Source: a virus
DNA: 64,000 nt
Reading direction: 5' to 3' (one strand)
Virus record (IMG/VR): IMGVR_UViG_3300035157_000753
Span: 1-64,000 of that record
Shown here: piece by piece, positions 10,451 through 20,392 of the stretch
Position numbering within the stretch: position 1 is the stretch's first letter
Layout: the number at the start of each line of letters is the position of its first letter
The notes under the pieces: generated by a model
Database searches by the model: none
The model's input: the letters and a program-made list of their open reading frames with translations, nothing else
Told to the model about the DNA's origin: nothing
Program-made: the position numbers and the translations under genes

Positions 10451-13400
10451 CCTTGACCTTGGTAGTTGTATATCTACCAGTAAAGGATGTGGATGTTGTT
10501 GCAGCAGAAGATTTGTTTAAACTGATATTTACAGAATTTGCAGCAACTGAAACGGTAGCATCCATCAAATCATTGTCCGAAGTAATGGAATTAGTGACAG
10601 TGGCATGTGCAACAGTACCACCAGCAGCACATATAGCAGTTACTTCAAACATATGTACCTTTCCATCATCACTTTCAACAGTGATTAATGTCTTGGCTCC
10701 CTTATATGCTGTCTTATCAAACGCAGTGATAGATGCGTTAGAAGTGAATGTAGTCATCTGACCACCTTCTACACGACAATCATCAAGTTCCATAAAGTCA
10801 GCAGTTGAATCAAAGACTGTTTGATAACTTGCTGTACCACCAGCACCCCAGTTCTTATTAATCTTCCATAATGCTTCAGAACCATTAGCATCCAAATCAA
10901 TAAAGAATTTATTATCTAATCTAGTAATAAAGTTTTGAAGCAGTACGTCGTTTCTTGCATATGGAGCAGATCCTCCAGAAATTGTATCAACCTTAATTGT
11001 GACATCTTGAGCAGGTGATGTTCCACCAAGAAGTGTACCAGCAATCGTAATTACTTCCCCTACCTGGTAAGTAGTACCACCAGCATTAACTGCAACTGTA
11101 GTTACTGTTCCATTTCCATCTGTAGTAACATCTACCGTTAATCCAGTACCTTCAATCTGTGCAGTTGTTGCTAATCCAGTGAATGTTTGAGATGCAGTAT
11201 ATGATGTTGCAACCTGAGTTAATGTAGCAGCATCTAATGTAGCAACAACACCCTGAGAAGGAACATTACGTAGTCTTAAACCACCAGAAATCTCAATATC
11301 TTGTTGACTTCTTACTGATAATAATGTAGTACCACTAGATTTAATATTTAATGGATTTATAGCAGAACTTGTACCATCAATATTAAAGCTATTTGGAATA
11401 GTATGAGTGAATTCAACATTTGGATAAACAATAGTTGCCATGTTGCCCTTAAGGGTCATGGTATCTTTGCTTATAGCAAGGTTATTCTGACCTTGAGCAA
11501 AGAACTCAAATGTATCTTCATCTGAACCTGGTGCTGATTCAGTTAATATGTAAGTATCTTGGTCAACGTCTCTAACACCACCAAGAGAAACAAAGTCAGT
11601 TCCGTTATAACCTTCAAATTGTAATTGGGTAGTATTATATCTAATAGCACCTGGTCTACGATCTAATGCATTAGGACGTTCGTTTGTAGTACCTGAAGGA
11701 ACTATTAATGAACCTGTAGTATTACATAGAACATCGAAACCTGCAGATGGTTTAAGTTCAACACCTAGACCGTCAACATCAGTAATATTAACAGTTCTAC
11801 CACTACCACCACCAACAGCAGGAATTGTTAAAGTTTCACCTGCAGCATAATTTTGACCTTTATCGACAACTGTAACCGCTGAGAAGTCTCCACCAGAAAC
11901 AGTAACTGTTACAGTACATCCACTACCAACACCATTAGTTGTTGTTGCAGTTGCAGTATAAGTTCCATCTGTATATCCAGATCCAGATCCAGTAACAGTG
12001 GTTGCTAGAATCTGACCGAAAGATCTAGTTGCAGTTGTACTATTGTTTATTATCGCATTATCTAATATACGAAGCAATCCAGCATCAAGATTTCCACTAA
12101 CAGTTACGTCACCAGTTGTTGTCTCAATCTTAAATTTTTCTGATGTTCCATCAGTAATACTAAAGTCTTTATCAGCACCACCTTTAAATATGAAATCTCC
12201 ACCACCCTTAGTTTCAAAGTTTAATGGAATATCAACATTACTACCATCAGATTTAATAGTATTAGTATTATCAATTGATAAGAAGTTTGTAGCAGGTCCA
12301 ATTGTAAATGAATTTGTAGATGGATCTACCTTAAAGAATGGAGAAACATTTCCAAGAGTGGAATCTATTTGAAGTTTAGCAGTATCAAATCCAGCAGAGC
12401 TAAGTCTAAATGTTTCTGTACCTGCAATTGCAACTCCAATACTATCAGCAGCTTGTCTGAATAAACCAGTAGTTAAAGAATTATCAAAGTTTAATGTTGG
12501 AGCTCCTTCACTACCATCAGCAAAACTTGCAGTTGTTTGAACAAGAGTTGTAACACCAGCAGTTGTTATTCCACCATTGAAAGTTGATAATCCAGTAAAT
12601 GTAGATGTGGATTGTGCTAATAAAACACCACTAAACGTTCCAGTAGTTCCAGTAACACCTGTGAATACTGCATTACCACTTCCAGCAATACTCCAAGATC
12701 CAGCAGATATCTGACCATCTGGATTTAAAACTAATTGAGTTGCACCTGTAGGTCCAAGAGTTAGAACTCCCAACTGGGACATCTCTAACTGCTTAGTACT
12801 GTTTATAGTAGCAAGAGTTGCAGTAAGACCAGATCCCTGTGCAACATTAGCACCACCAACAGGACCAAGTATTAATGTATCCGCAGCTTCATATGCAGTA
12901 CCTTCAGAAGATACAGCTAGTGCAGTACAAAATCCAACGTTACTAACAGTATATTGGAATCCAGATCCTCCACCACCTCCAACTGTAGCATCATCTACAG
13001 AAAGAACATCACCAATTACATATCCAGCACCATCTAGTGATATGTCAGTAACAGTGGTAACACCTGTAGTATTAGTTTGAAGAGTATATTGGAAACCAGA
13101 ACCTCCTTGACCACCAAGATCTACATCATCTACCAATAAGACATCACCAATCTGATAGTTAGTACCTTGAGCTGTAATAGTTGCAGTAGTAACAGCACCA
13201 CCACTAACAACCAATGATGCAGTCATTTGATCACCAGCATCACCTAAAGCACCAGAAGAGAATGTAATTACTGCATTCTCGGACATTGTAACTCCGTGAG
13301 TCTGACATGTATATGTCGAAGTTGCAGTAGTTCCAGATACAGATTGAAGAATAACTTCAAAATAAGATCCAGCCTGTCCTGGAGTTCCATATTGTCTAGT

Positions 13401-16400
13401 AGCCAAATCTGGAACACCAGTTATTTGTAATGGGTGACCAGTATTGGATGAATCACTAGTATCAAATCTATATGTATTATTATCTAATAAAGTAAAGCTA
13501 GCAGCTTCAGTTGGACCAGATCCAGTGTCTATAAAATACCTACCAACTCCACCAGATAAATTATCTAACGTTGCGGTAGCATTTGAAGTTCCACCTGTTA
13601 TAGTATCTACTTGAGCATCTGAAAATGTACCAGAAGAATTATTAACATATATGAAAGCAGCACCTGCATCAACATATGTAATTGTTGCAGTTACACCAGA
13701 ACTTGAACCAGTTACTGTCTCTCCTACTTGGAAAGGTCCATTAGCAACACTAGAAATTTCTAATTTTTCCCTATTTGCTACTGTAACTGGATATGTTGCA
13801 GTTGGTGTATTGCGGAAGCTTACAGCATAAGTTCCATCTAAGTATCCAGAACCAGCAGCAGTAATAGATCCTTGAATACCTGGAATAGTGAATGTAGCAG
13901 TTGCCGTAGTATCTGGAGATCCACCAGTAAAAGTTACGTTTGGATATGTACCTGCAGTATAACCAGAACCAGCAGCAGTAATGGTTCCTGTAAGAGATTG
14001 AATACTAGCTTCCAGAGTACCACCAGTACCACCACCTCCAGTAAATGTAAGTGTTGGAACTGAAGTATATCCTTCACCAGGAACAGCAACAGTTACAGAT
14101 GATATCCTACCTTCTTTCTCGTTAAGTACAGGAGTAAACTGTGCATCTACTGTAGCATCGCCTGTACCAGGATCTAATACTGGAAGATTTCTATATCCTA
14201 AACCTTGACTAGTTAATGTGACTGTATCAATAGGAAATCCAATAACTGCAGTTGCAGTAGCACCAGATCCAGTTGTATCTCCAGCACCAAGGGTAAATCC
14301 TACTGTTGGTGCAGATGTGTATACACCACCTTGACCAACTGTTATACTGTCAACTGAAAATCCTAATGTAGTTGTAACAGCAGCACCAGCACCTGTTCCA
14401 GAATCACTTATTGTAATATTTGGTGAGTTTTGATATCCACTACCACCATTAGTAACAGTGAATCCGTCAATAACACCACCAGTTTGACTGATAGTTACAG
14501 TTGCAGTAGTACCAATAAGGAATTGATCTAATGTACCTGTGCTAGTAATATCAATTTCAGTTCCAGAATTAGCATTGCCTAAAGTAGTTGCTAATTGAAC
14601 GAAATCTTTATCTACTCTAATAACAAAATATGAACCATTGTGAGCAAGTCCACCAGGAGCAGTTGCAGCAGGATCTATAGTTTGTGAATCAAGAGTACAA
14701 GCCATCCCAGTCTCAAAGGAATGGTTCTCAATACGAATAGTATTTGCAGTTACATCTACAGTATTTTGAGTAGCACCATTAGCATCTTGATATGTGCCAT
14801 CACCAGTATAAAGATTTTGTTGAGGAGCATCTACAACACCAGTAGGACCAGAATAGTTTGCACCACCAGTTTGTATACCAACAGAGTTTAGAATACCTGC
14901 TTGACCTAATGTAGTTGACGCAGCACCACCACCAGTACCACCACCAGTAAATGTAACAGTAGGATTAGCAGTATAATTACTTCCTCTAGCTGTTAATGTA
15001 AGACTTTTTAATGCACCATCTGTTGAAAGAGTACATGTAGCAGTTGCTAATTGGAATGGATTGGTTGTAACTTCAATGGGTTGAAGACCACCAACATACC
15101 CAGTACCAGCACTTGTAAGATTAACGGTACCAAGACCATTCTTCATTACAACAAAAGATCTTGTAGAGAAACAAGAAGCTTCAGATGAACCAAATAATGT
15201 ACTGTCATTAAATCCAGCGACATTCAGAGCACCTTGAATTACACTACCAAAAGAAATAGATTTGTTTACATCAAAGTAAACTGCCTCTTTAACGATTGTT
15301 TCAGCGTTAACAACAAAGTCTTCTTGACCAGCAGGGTCAACGATTACCTGACCTGTCGTTGAAGTAATACTGTTACCTGCAAGACGTAAGTTACCAGTCT
15401 CAATATATGCAGGATAAATGTTTGTGGTACCAGTTCCATCACTCAGTGTGATGTTTGCAGCAGACTGAGCAGTAGATGTTGCTTGGAACTGAACGTTTCC
15501 AGTCTCTTGATCAACTGTAAATGCATCACCAACACGGAAGTCACCGTCTTGGTCAGTTGATGAATATAGTACTTTACCACCATTCAGTTCTTCAACTTCA
15601 TTTGCTTGAACTGCCAATGATGGGTCATTAGTATAGTCGGACTGAGCACCAATATATCCAAAGTTATGTGCAGTAAGAATTAATTTTACACCAGCACCAT
15701 CTGCCTGTACACCTTTAAGACCATATACGTTAGCAGAAGCAACTGAACGTAACTCACAACCAAACTGAGAATAGTCAGCAGTTATAACTGAAGTAGCAGA
15801 ATCTCCACCACTAGAACGAACATCACTTGTACCACCAGAGTTATCTGTAAAGGTAGTAGTAGCGTCGTCACCGTTTGCATGAAGCAATAGTACTGTATTA
15901 AGATCTGAACTATATTCGCTTGTTGTAGGGGTAAATGCACCAGTGAAACGAGCAGCACCTTTACTGATTCTTACTTCATCAATATGACCATCAAATTCAT
16001 CAGCAGGTGTGGCGGCATAGTTTGCACCAATTCTTACTGGTTTAGTAGATCCATAGTCATTAGTATCTGCACCAGTACCTAATTCTACTCCATCTAGGAA
16101 TAATTTTGTTGTACCACCATTTCTAGCAACAGCAACATGATACCAAGTACCTGTAGCAAGAGTACCACCACTACGTACCGATGAGTTACCAACACCAAAG
16201 TGAAGTGTAGTACCATCTAAGTATAGTTTAGGAGCAGTATCTGTAGCATTAGTATCTCTTAAGTCAAATATATGCTGTGTACCTGTTACACTATTTGGTC
16301 TAATGAATGCCTCAAGACACCAGTTTGAAGTACCAAATCCAAAGTCTTCAGAAGTTGGTACAGTTAAAGCATCCTCAGTACCATCAAATAATATTGCAGC

Positions 16401-17732
16401 AGTTCCGAATTTCTTTTGATTAGTATCAATTTGGGTGTCACCAAATCTACTAGTAGTCTTAGCAGCCTTAGTTGTAGTTACAAATTGACCTGTACCCTTA
16501 CCAGTTATATAAACGTATGTTCCATCATTACTTGCTAGTACACCACGAGCAACTGCTTTTTTATATGTTACATTCCCAGAAGCAATTGTTCCAGATGATG
16601 AATCTGTATAAGTGAAAGTATTGGCATCTACTACAGTTACCTGATAATAATTATCTGTGGCACCACCACTAATATGATCTGCATAGATGTAATCATTGGT
16701 TGTTAGACCATGACCAGTTCTGGTCAAAGTAACTACAGCAGCAGCACGAGCATATGTACCAGACTGGAAACTATCCTCTAATTGATATGTTACTTCAGCA
16801 GCAGAGAATGTTCCACTAACACCACCAAGTTTTAAACGTGTTTGTCCTGTACCGTACTTACCTGTAGCACCTTGAACACCTTGTATACCAACAGAAGCAA
16901 AGTAACAAAAAGAATTTAACCACTCAACACGAATACCATTAGTTAATAATAAACCTACCTGATTTGGTGTAATGAAAGTACATTCATTAAAGAGAACAGC
17001 AGCATGTTGTGAACCAGAATCTACTTTTGAACCATCTAACTTAGCACCACGTCCTGCGTCTCCTTGTGCATACCCATATGGATCTGCACCAGATGTTACA
17101 CTACCCTTGGTAGCTACTGTAACTCTTTCAATGTAAGGACTTTTAACAGAATCTTTAGATGCTACTAACTCAAAACCATATCCATCATCATTACCAGAAT
17201 CATAAAAGAAATCCTTAATAGTGAAATCAGATACGTGTGTATCACCAGAAAGTATAAATGCAGTATTTGAAGTTGTTCCTCCAGTTGGTTTAACTTGTGT
17301 AGAACGTAAGTTAGTACCACGAAGAGTAACCCCATCAGGAACTGTCATGGGGAATGCTTCCTGATATTCACCAGGAGCAACAAGAATAGTATCCCCAGAA
17401 GAAGCTACACTGAGGGCTTTAGTAATAGTTAAAAAAGGAGTATCTGGATGCTTACCACCAGCTCCACCGTTAGCAAGAGTTGTATTATCCGAACCGACCG
17501 ACGCAACATACCAAGTACTTCCCTGACCATCTGTAATGTCAGTAGAAAGCATCGTGGTAACAACCTCACCCGTATTGGGTTTCTGGTTTGCTACTTCGAT
17601 TATATTGGATCCGTTTCTAGCGTATAATTTTTTATCCGCTATATTAAGAGCTACCTCACCGTCTTCTAAATTAGAAGTCGTCGGTACTGTCGCTGCTACT
17701 GTCGATCTCTTTAGCTTGATTCTCGTTGCCAT
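10446..17732 (-). CDS. Tail fibre/virion protein, 2428 aa, with beta-helix and LamG/ConA-like domain
   Basis: N-terminal attachment motif IKLKRS..P...L.DGE.A.N; beta-helix start (PFLTITKAL..GDTILVAPGEY); LamG-like segment (WYHVAVARNG..LFLDG..FDGHIDEVRISKG); many 'TxxGSGYT' repeats. Confidence 0.85.
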   Translation of the reverse strand: MATRIKLKRSTVAATVPTTSNLEDGEVALNIADKKLYARNGSNIIEVANQKPNTGEVVTTMLSTDITDGQGSTWYVASVGSDNTTLANGGAGGKHPDTPFLTITKALSVASSGDTILVAPGEYQEAFPMTVPDGVTLRGTNLRSTQVKPTGGTTSNTAFILSGDTHVSDFTIKDFFYDSGNDDGYGFELVASKDSVKSPYIERVTVATKGSVTSGADPYGYAQGDAGRGAKLDGSKVDSGSQHAAVLFNECTFITPNQVGLLLTNGIRVEWLNSFCYFASVGIQGVQGATGKYGTGQTRLKLGGVSGTFSAAEVTYQLEDSFQSGTYARAAAVVTLTRTGHGLTTNDYIYADHISGGATDNYYQVTVVDANTFTYTDSSSGTIASGNVTYKKAVARGVLASNDGTYVYITGKGTGQFVTTTKAAKTTSRFGDTQIDTNQKKFGTAAILFDGTEDALTVPTSEDFGFGTSNWCLEAFIRPNSVTGTQHIFDLRDTNATDTAPKLYLDGTTLHFGVGNSSVRSGGTLATGTWYHVAVARNGGTTKLFLDGVELGTGADTNDYGSTKPVRIGANYAATPADEFDGHIDEVRISKGAARFTGAFTPTTSEYSSDLNTVLLLHANGDDATTTFTDNSGGTSDVRSSGGDSATSVITADYSQFGCELRSVASANVYGLKGVQADGAGVKLILTAHNFGYIGAQSDYTNDPSLAVQANEVEELNGGKVLYSSTDQDGDFRVGDAFTVDQETGNVQFQATSTAQSAANITLSDGTGTTNIYPAYIETGNLRLAGNSITSTTGQVIVDPAGQEDFVVNAETIVKEAVYFDVNKSISFGSVIQGALNVAGFNDSTLFGSSEASCFSTRSFVVMKNGLGTVNLTSAGTGYVGGLQPIEVTTNPFQLATATCTLSTDGALKSLTLTARGSNYTANPTVTFTGGGTGGGAASTTLGQAGILNSVGIQTGGANYSGPTGVVDAPQQNLYTGDGTYQDANGATQNTVDVTANTIRIENHSFETGMACTLDSQTIDPAATAPGGLAHNGSYFVIRVDKDFVQLATTLGNANSGTEIDITSTGTLDQFLIGTTATVTISQTGGVIDGFTVTNGGSGYQNSPNITISDSGTGAGAAVTTTLGFSVDSITVGQGGVYTSAPTVGFTLGAGDTTGSGATATAVIGFPIDTVTLTSQGLGYRNLPVLDPGTGDATVDAQFTPVLNEKEGRISSVTVAVPGEGYTSVPTLTFTGGGGTGGTLEASIQSLTGTITAAGSGYTAGTYPNVTFTGGSPDTTATATFTIPGIQGSITAAGSGYLDGTYAVSFRNTPTATYPVTVANREKLEISSVANGPFQVGETVTGSSSGVTATITYVDAGAAFIYVNNSSGTFSDAQVDTITGGTSNATATLDNLSGGVGRYFIDTGSGPTEAASFTLLDNNTYRFDTSDSSNTGHPLQITGVPDLATRQYGTPGQAGSYFEVILQSVSGTTATSTYTCQTHGVTMSENAVITFSSGALGDAGDQMTASLVVSGGAVTTATITAQGTNYQIGDVLLVDDVDLGGQGGSGFQYTLQTNTTGVTTVTDISLDGAGYVIGDVLSVDDATVGGGGGSGFQYTVSNVGFCTALAVSSEGTAYEAADTLILGPVGGANVAQGSGLTATLATINSTKQLEMSQLGVLTLGPTGATQLVLNPDGQISAGSWSIAGSGNAVFTGVTGTTGTFSGVLLAQSTSTFTGLSTFNGGITTAGVTTLVQTTASFADGSEGAPTLNFDNSLTTGLFRQAADSIGVAIAGTETFRLSSAGFDTAKLQIDSTLGNVSPFFKVDPSTNSFTIGPATNFLSIDNTNTIKSDGSNVDIPLNFETKGGGDFIFKGGADKDFSITDGTSEKFKIETTTGDVTVSGNLDAGLLRILDNAIINNSTTATRSFGQILATTVTGSGSGYTDGTYTATATTTNGVGSGCTVTVTVSGGDFSAVTVVDKGQNYAAGETLTIPAVGGGSGRTVNITDVDGLGVELKPSAGFDVLCNTTGSLIVPSGTTNERPNALDRRPGAIRYNTTQLQFEGYNGTDFVSLGGVRDVDQDTYILTESAPGSDEDTFEFFAQGQNNLAISKDTMTLKGNMATIVYPNVEFTHTIPNSFNIDGTSSAINPLNIKSSGTTLLSVRSQQDIEISGGLRLRNVPSQGVVATLDAATLTQVATSYTASQTFTGLATTAQIEGTGLTVDVTTDGNGTVTTVAVNAGGTTYQVGEVITIAGTLLGGTSPAQDVTIKVDTISGGSAPYARNDVLLQNFITRLDNKFFIDLDANGSEALWKINKNWGAGGTASYQTVFDSTADFMELDDCRVEGGQMTTFTSNASITAFDKTAYKGAKTLITVESDDGKVHMFEVTAICAAGGTVAHATVTNSITSDNDLMDATVSVAANSVNISLNKSSAATTSTSFTGRYTTTKVKV

Positions 17733-17877
17733 CTAAAGCATTCTCAGGTTGTTGGTCTTGATTTATACTATTTAACTGACTTTGCAGATCCTGAATCTGC
17801 GCTTCCAGCATCACATTAATAAGGGTCAATTCAGAAACTTTTTTCTGTAATGTAGCAATAACAATTTGTCCGTTCAT
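17671..17877 (-). CDS. Small coiled-coil protein, 68 aa
   Basis: Heptad pattern; overlaps the start of the next fibre gene. Confidence 0.7.
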   Translation of the reverse strand: MNGQIVIATLQKKVSELTLINVMLEAQIQDLQSQLNSINQDQQPENALDGNENQAKEIDSSSDSTDDF

Positions 17878-17889
17878 AATTCATAAATT

Positions 17890-19575
17890 CTAAAAAGTTC
17901 CACCATCTATGGTGTTTGTCCATACAGGTACACCACCACTAGTGACTGTTAGTACTTGATAAGATGTTGTTGCATCATTACCAGTACCAGGAGATGCCAT
18001 ATTAGCAGCAGCAGTTACTTGTAATGGGTTAGCAGCATCACCATATGGTATACCATACTGTGTGAATGTTGAAACACCTGTACCACCATATTGAACCTCA
18101 AGATCAGTATCTAACTCAAGGTCACCAATAACAACAGTACCACGGTTACCAGTTATACCAAATACAGTGCCTGTGTCGGTTGCTTCCTCAATGAAAGTCC
18201 AAGCACCAGCACCATCGCCACCACCTGTACGATCATAACCAAAGAAACCAAACTTATTAGCACCAGATACATTATAGTGTACTTTAACACCACGATCCAT
18301 TGCATCATCAGCACCTCTGGTAGTAACTAAGGTAGCACCTACAACTTGGTCAGTAGTAATTGCTGCACTTAATGTAATGGTTTTTGTACCTGTGTTGATA
18401 GAAGCAATAGTTGTACCACCAGGGATACCAGTACCAGTGACTGCATCACCAGCCTGTAATTGTTCTACAGCATCAACCTGAACATCAACTGTTGCGTTAC
18501 CTGCAAAGGTAGCAAGAGTTTTAACTGTAACAGGTGTAGTAGGATCACCCAATTCAATGGTAGGATCGTTAACACTCATTGAAGCAGAGTTAACAGTCGT
18601 TGTAGTACCATCAATTTGAAGGTCACCTTTAATTATGACCAAACCATCAGCGTCTCCACCTGCAGGATATGGGTCAATAATCAATTCTTGTATGTTATTA
18701 ATAGTGGAAAGTGTGTTTCCATCTAATTTCAGATTGTCAATTTCAATTTGACCAGTCTGAGATGTATTACCACTAATGTTTGTTACACCATTAAAGGTAA
18801 CTCCGTTCTGGAAAGTTGTGGTTGCATTAACTGTTAATGTATCAGTATTTGCTGTACCAAGAACAGTGTTATCATCAACCTTAAGGTCTTTGACCCATGC
18901 AGTTGCCGCAACACCGATACCACCAGCAAATGTTGTACTTGCTGTTGATACGTTTGAAGCATCAGTAGTATCAGCAATGTTTAATGTGACACCTGTAGCA
19001 AAGTTCCAATCAGCACCTTCTATCTGAATTTTATCAGTAGTTGTTTCATCATAGTAGATAGAAGCATCCTTTGTATTACCGAAGTGAAGCTTCATATCAT
19101 CAGCGATACGCAAGTCGGGGGTTCCTGCAACACGCTTGATGTCTACAACAGCATCAGAATCATTGAATACAAACTCTACATCACCTGTAGTACCAAATTC
19201 TAATTCTTGTCCATCTTCTATAACGAGCTTACCTGTTCCGTTTGCTCGGAATATAAGGTCAGCATCTGTTGTGGAAGTTGTAATGACGTTTGCATCTAGG
19301 GTGATGTCGTCAACGTTCCATGTGTCGATCTTCGAGTTACTATCGACTAGTACAGATGAACTAGCGGTAAGAGTACCATGAACATGATCCAACATGTCAC
19401 AGAAGTATCTACCACCAACTATTTGGGCAGCACCGTTATTGTCACCTGCAAACAGACGGTCACCAGCATTTGCTTGTGTACCATTAGCACCTGTAGTTAA
19501 TGCTAATTCACCATATGTAATGGTGCCTGGTGCGGTTGATCCAGTACTCCTTTTAATGAGTATATTTGATGCCAT
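17890..19575 (-). CDS. Fibre-like virion protein, 561 aa
   Basis: N-terminus (ILIKRSTG..PG.I.YGELA) resembles that of the 2428-aa gene; has G.L.IDGTTTTVNS and C-terminal IDGGTF motifs typical of cyanophage fibres. Confidence 0.8.
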   Translation of the reverse strand: MASNILIKRSTGSTAPGTITYGELALTTGANGTQANAGDRLFAGDNNGAAQIVGGRYFCDMLDHVHGTLTASSSVLVDSNSKIDTWNVDDITLDANVITTSTTDADLIFRANGTGKLVIEDGQELEFGTTGDVEFVFNDSDAVVDIKRVAGTPDLRIADDMKLHFGNTKDASIYYDETTTDKIQIEGADWNFATGVTLNIADTTDASNVSTASTTFAGGIGVAATAWVKDLKVDDNTVLGTANTDTLTVNATTTFQNGVTFNGVTNISGNTSQTGQIEIDNLKLDGNTLSTINNIQELIIDPYPAGGDADGLVIIKGDLQIDGTTTTVNSASMSVNDPTIELGDPTTPVTVKTLATFAGNATVDVQVDAVEQLQAGDAVTGTGIPGGTTIASINTGTKTITLSAAITTDQVVGATLVTTRGADDAMDRGVKVHYNVSGANKFGFFGYDRTGGGDGAGAWTFIEEATDTGTVFGITGNRGTVVIGDLELDTDLEVQYGGTGVSTFTQYGIPYGDAANPLQVTAAANMASPGTGNDATTSYQVLTVTSGGVPVWTNTIDGGTF

Positions 19576-19796
19576 TAGAAGCTACCCCCGTTGATAGTTA
19601 CGTCGTTCAAAACATTTGTCGGTACAAATTTTGTGTCAGCTGCAGAATAAACTAGCACTGCACCATTTGCTAGTCCACCTTGTGAAGTGTCGGTGAGATC
19701 GACATCAGACATACCGCCAATAGTACCACCGCCACCACCTGTGGCGACCCGTGTTACCCTTGGTACTGATTGATCTCCAAATCTGAGTCTTGCCAT
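19575..19796 (-). CDS. Small virion protein, 73 aa
   Basis: SDVD...NG.VLVY..KF..INGGSF fibre-repeat-like motif; coupled by TAATG overlap. Confidence 0.75.
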   Translation of the reverse strand: MARLRFGDQSVPRVTRVATGGGGGTIGGMSDVDLTDTSQGGLANGAVLVYSAADTKFVPTNVLNDVTINGGSF

Positions 19797-20134
19797 TAGA
19801 CAGTTACCCCCTCAAGTACGCTTACTGAACCTTCCAAAACTCTGGACTTAGTACCAGAGGCAGAAGTAATAACGACATCATATACGTAACGACCTGACTT
19901 CATTGCGGCCGTTTGACCATTTGTTAGAGATAGTTGAATCTGTCCAGCAGTAGCAGGAGATAAAATTGCTGCTGTTACTGTTGTAGAAGTACTACTTGTA
20001 TAGTGCTTCTTAATTTTACATGCTACGGTATATCCTACAAGGCTAAAAGCAGTTCCGTTATCATTCTCGACAGTAAAGTCGATAATGAAATCAGAACCTT
20101 GATAAATCAACAGGTTGGATACAGCAGAAGCCAT
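19796..20134 (-). CDS. Virion structural protein, Ig/BppU-like, 112 aa
   Basis: L.IYQGSDF...G.I.LSLT..QT..GRYVYDV...RVLEG pattern. Confidence 0.7.
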   Translation of the reverse strand: MASAVSNLLIYQGSDFIIDFTVENDNGTAFSLVGYTVACKIKKHYTSSTSTTVTAAILSPATAGQIQLSLTNGQTAAMKSGRYVYDVVITSASGTKSRVLEGSVSVLEGVTV

Positions 20135-20156
20135 TCTCTAAAATAATCCTAATTAT

Positions 20157-20178
20157 TATTTAGCTTAAATCTATTTAT
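20157..20178 (-). promoter_or_regulatory. Late promoter(s) CTAAATA / ATAAATA
   Basis: Two matches upstream of the ATG at 20134. Confidence 0.55.
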
Positions 20179-20389
20179 CTGCTTTCTGGACCAAGGTATT
20201 TACAAGATCCTTTAATTCATCTACTTCCTTTCTTAAATCTTTAAGATCTCTATCCTTTTTTCTAGCTGCATCTCTGGCTTGTTTATATGCCAAATATCCA
20301 GTATCGTCAGTATTTAATATCGCATTAGACTGCGAATCCCTGCCGAGGGTTGTGTGACCTTCAACAGGGATTAGTTCAAGTTCATCCAT
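20171..20389 (-). CDS. Hypothetical coiled-coil protein, 72 aa
   Basis: VEGH..L.RD..SNAILN motif, located directly after the VrlC-like gene. Confidence 0.75.
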   Translation of the reverse strand: MDELELIPVEGHTTLGRDSQSNAILNTDDTGYLAYKQARDAARKKDRDLKDLRKEVDELKDLVNTLVQKADK

Positions 20390-20392
20390 TAT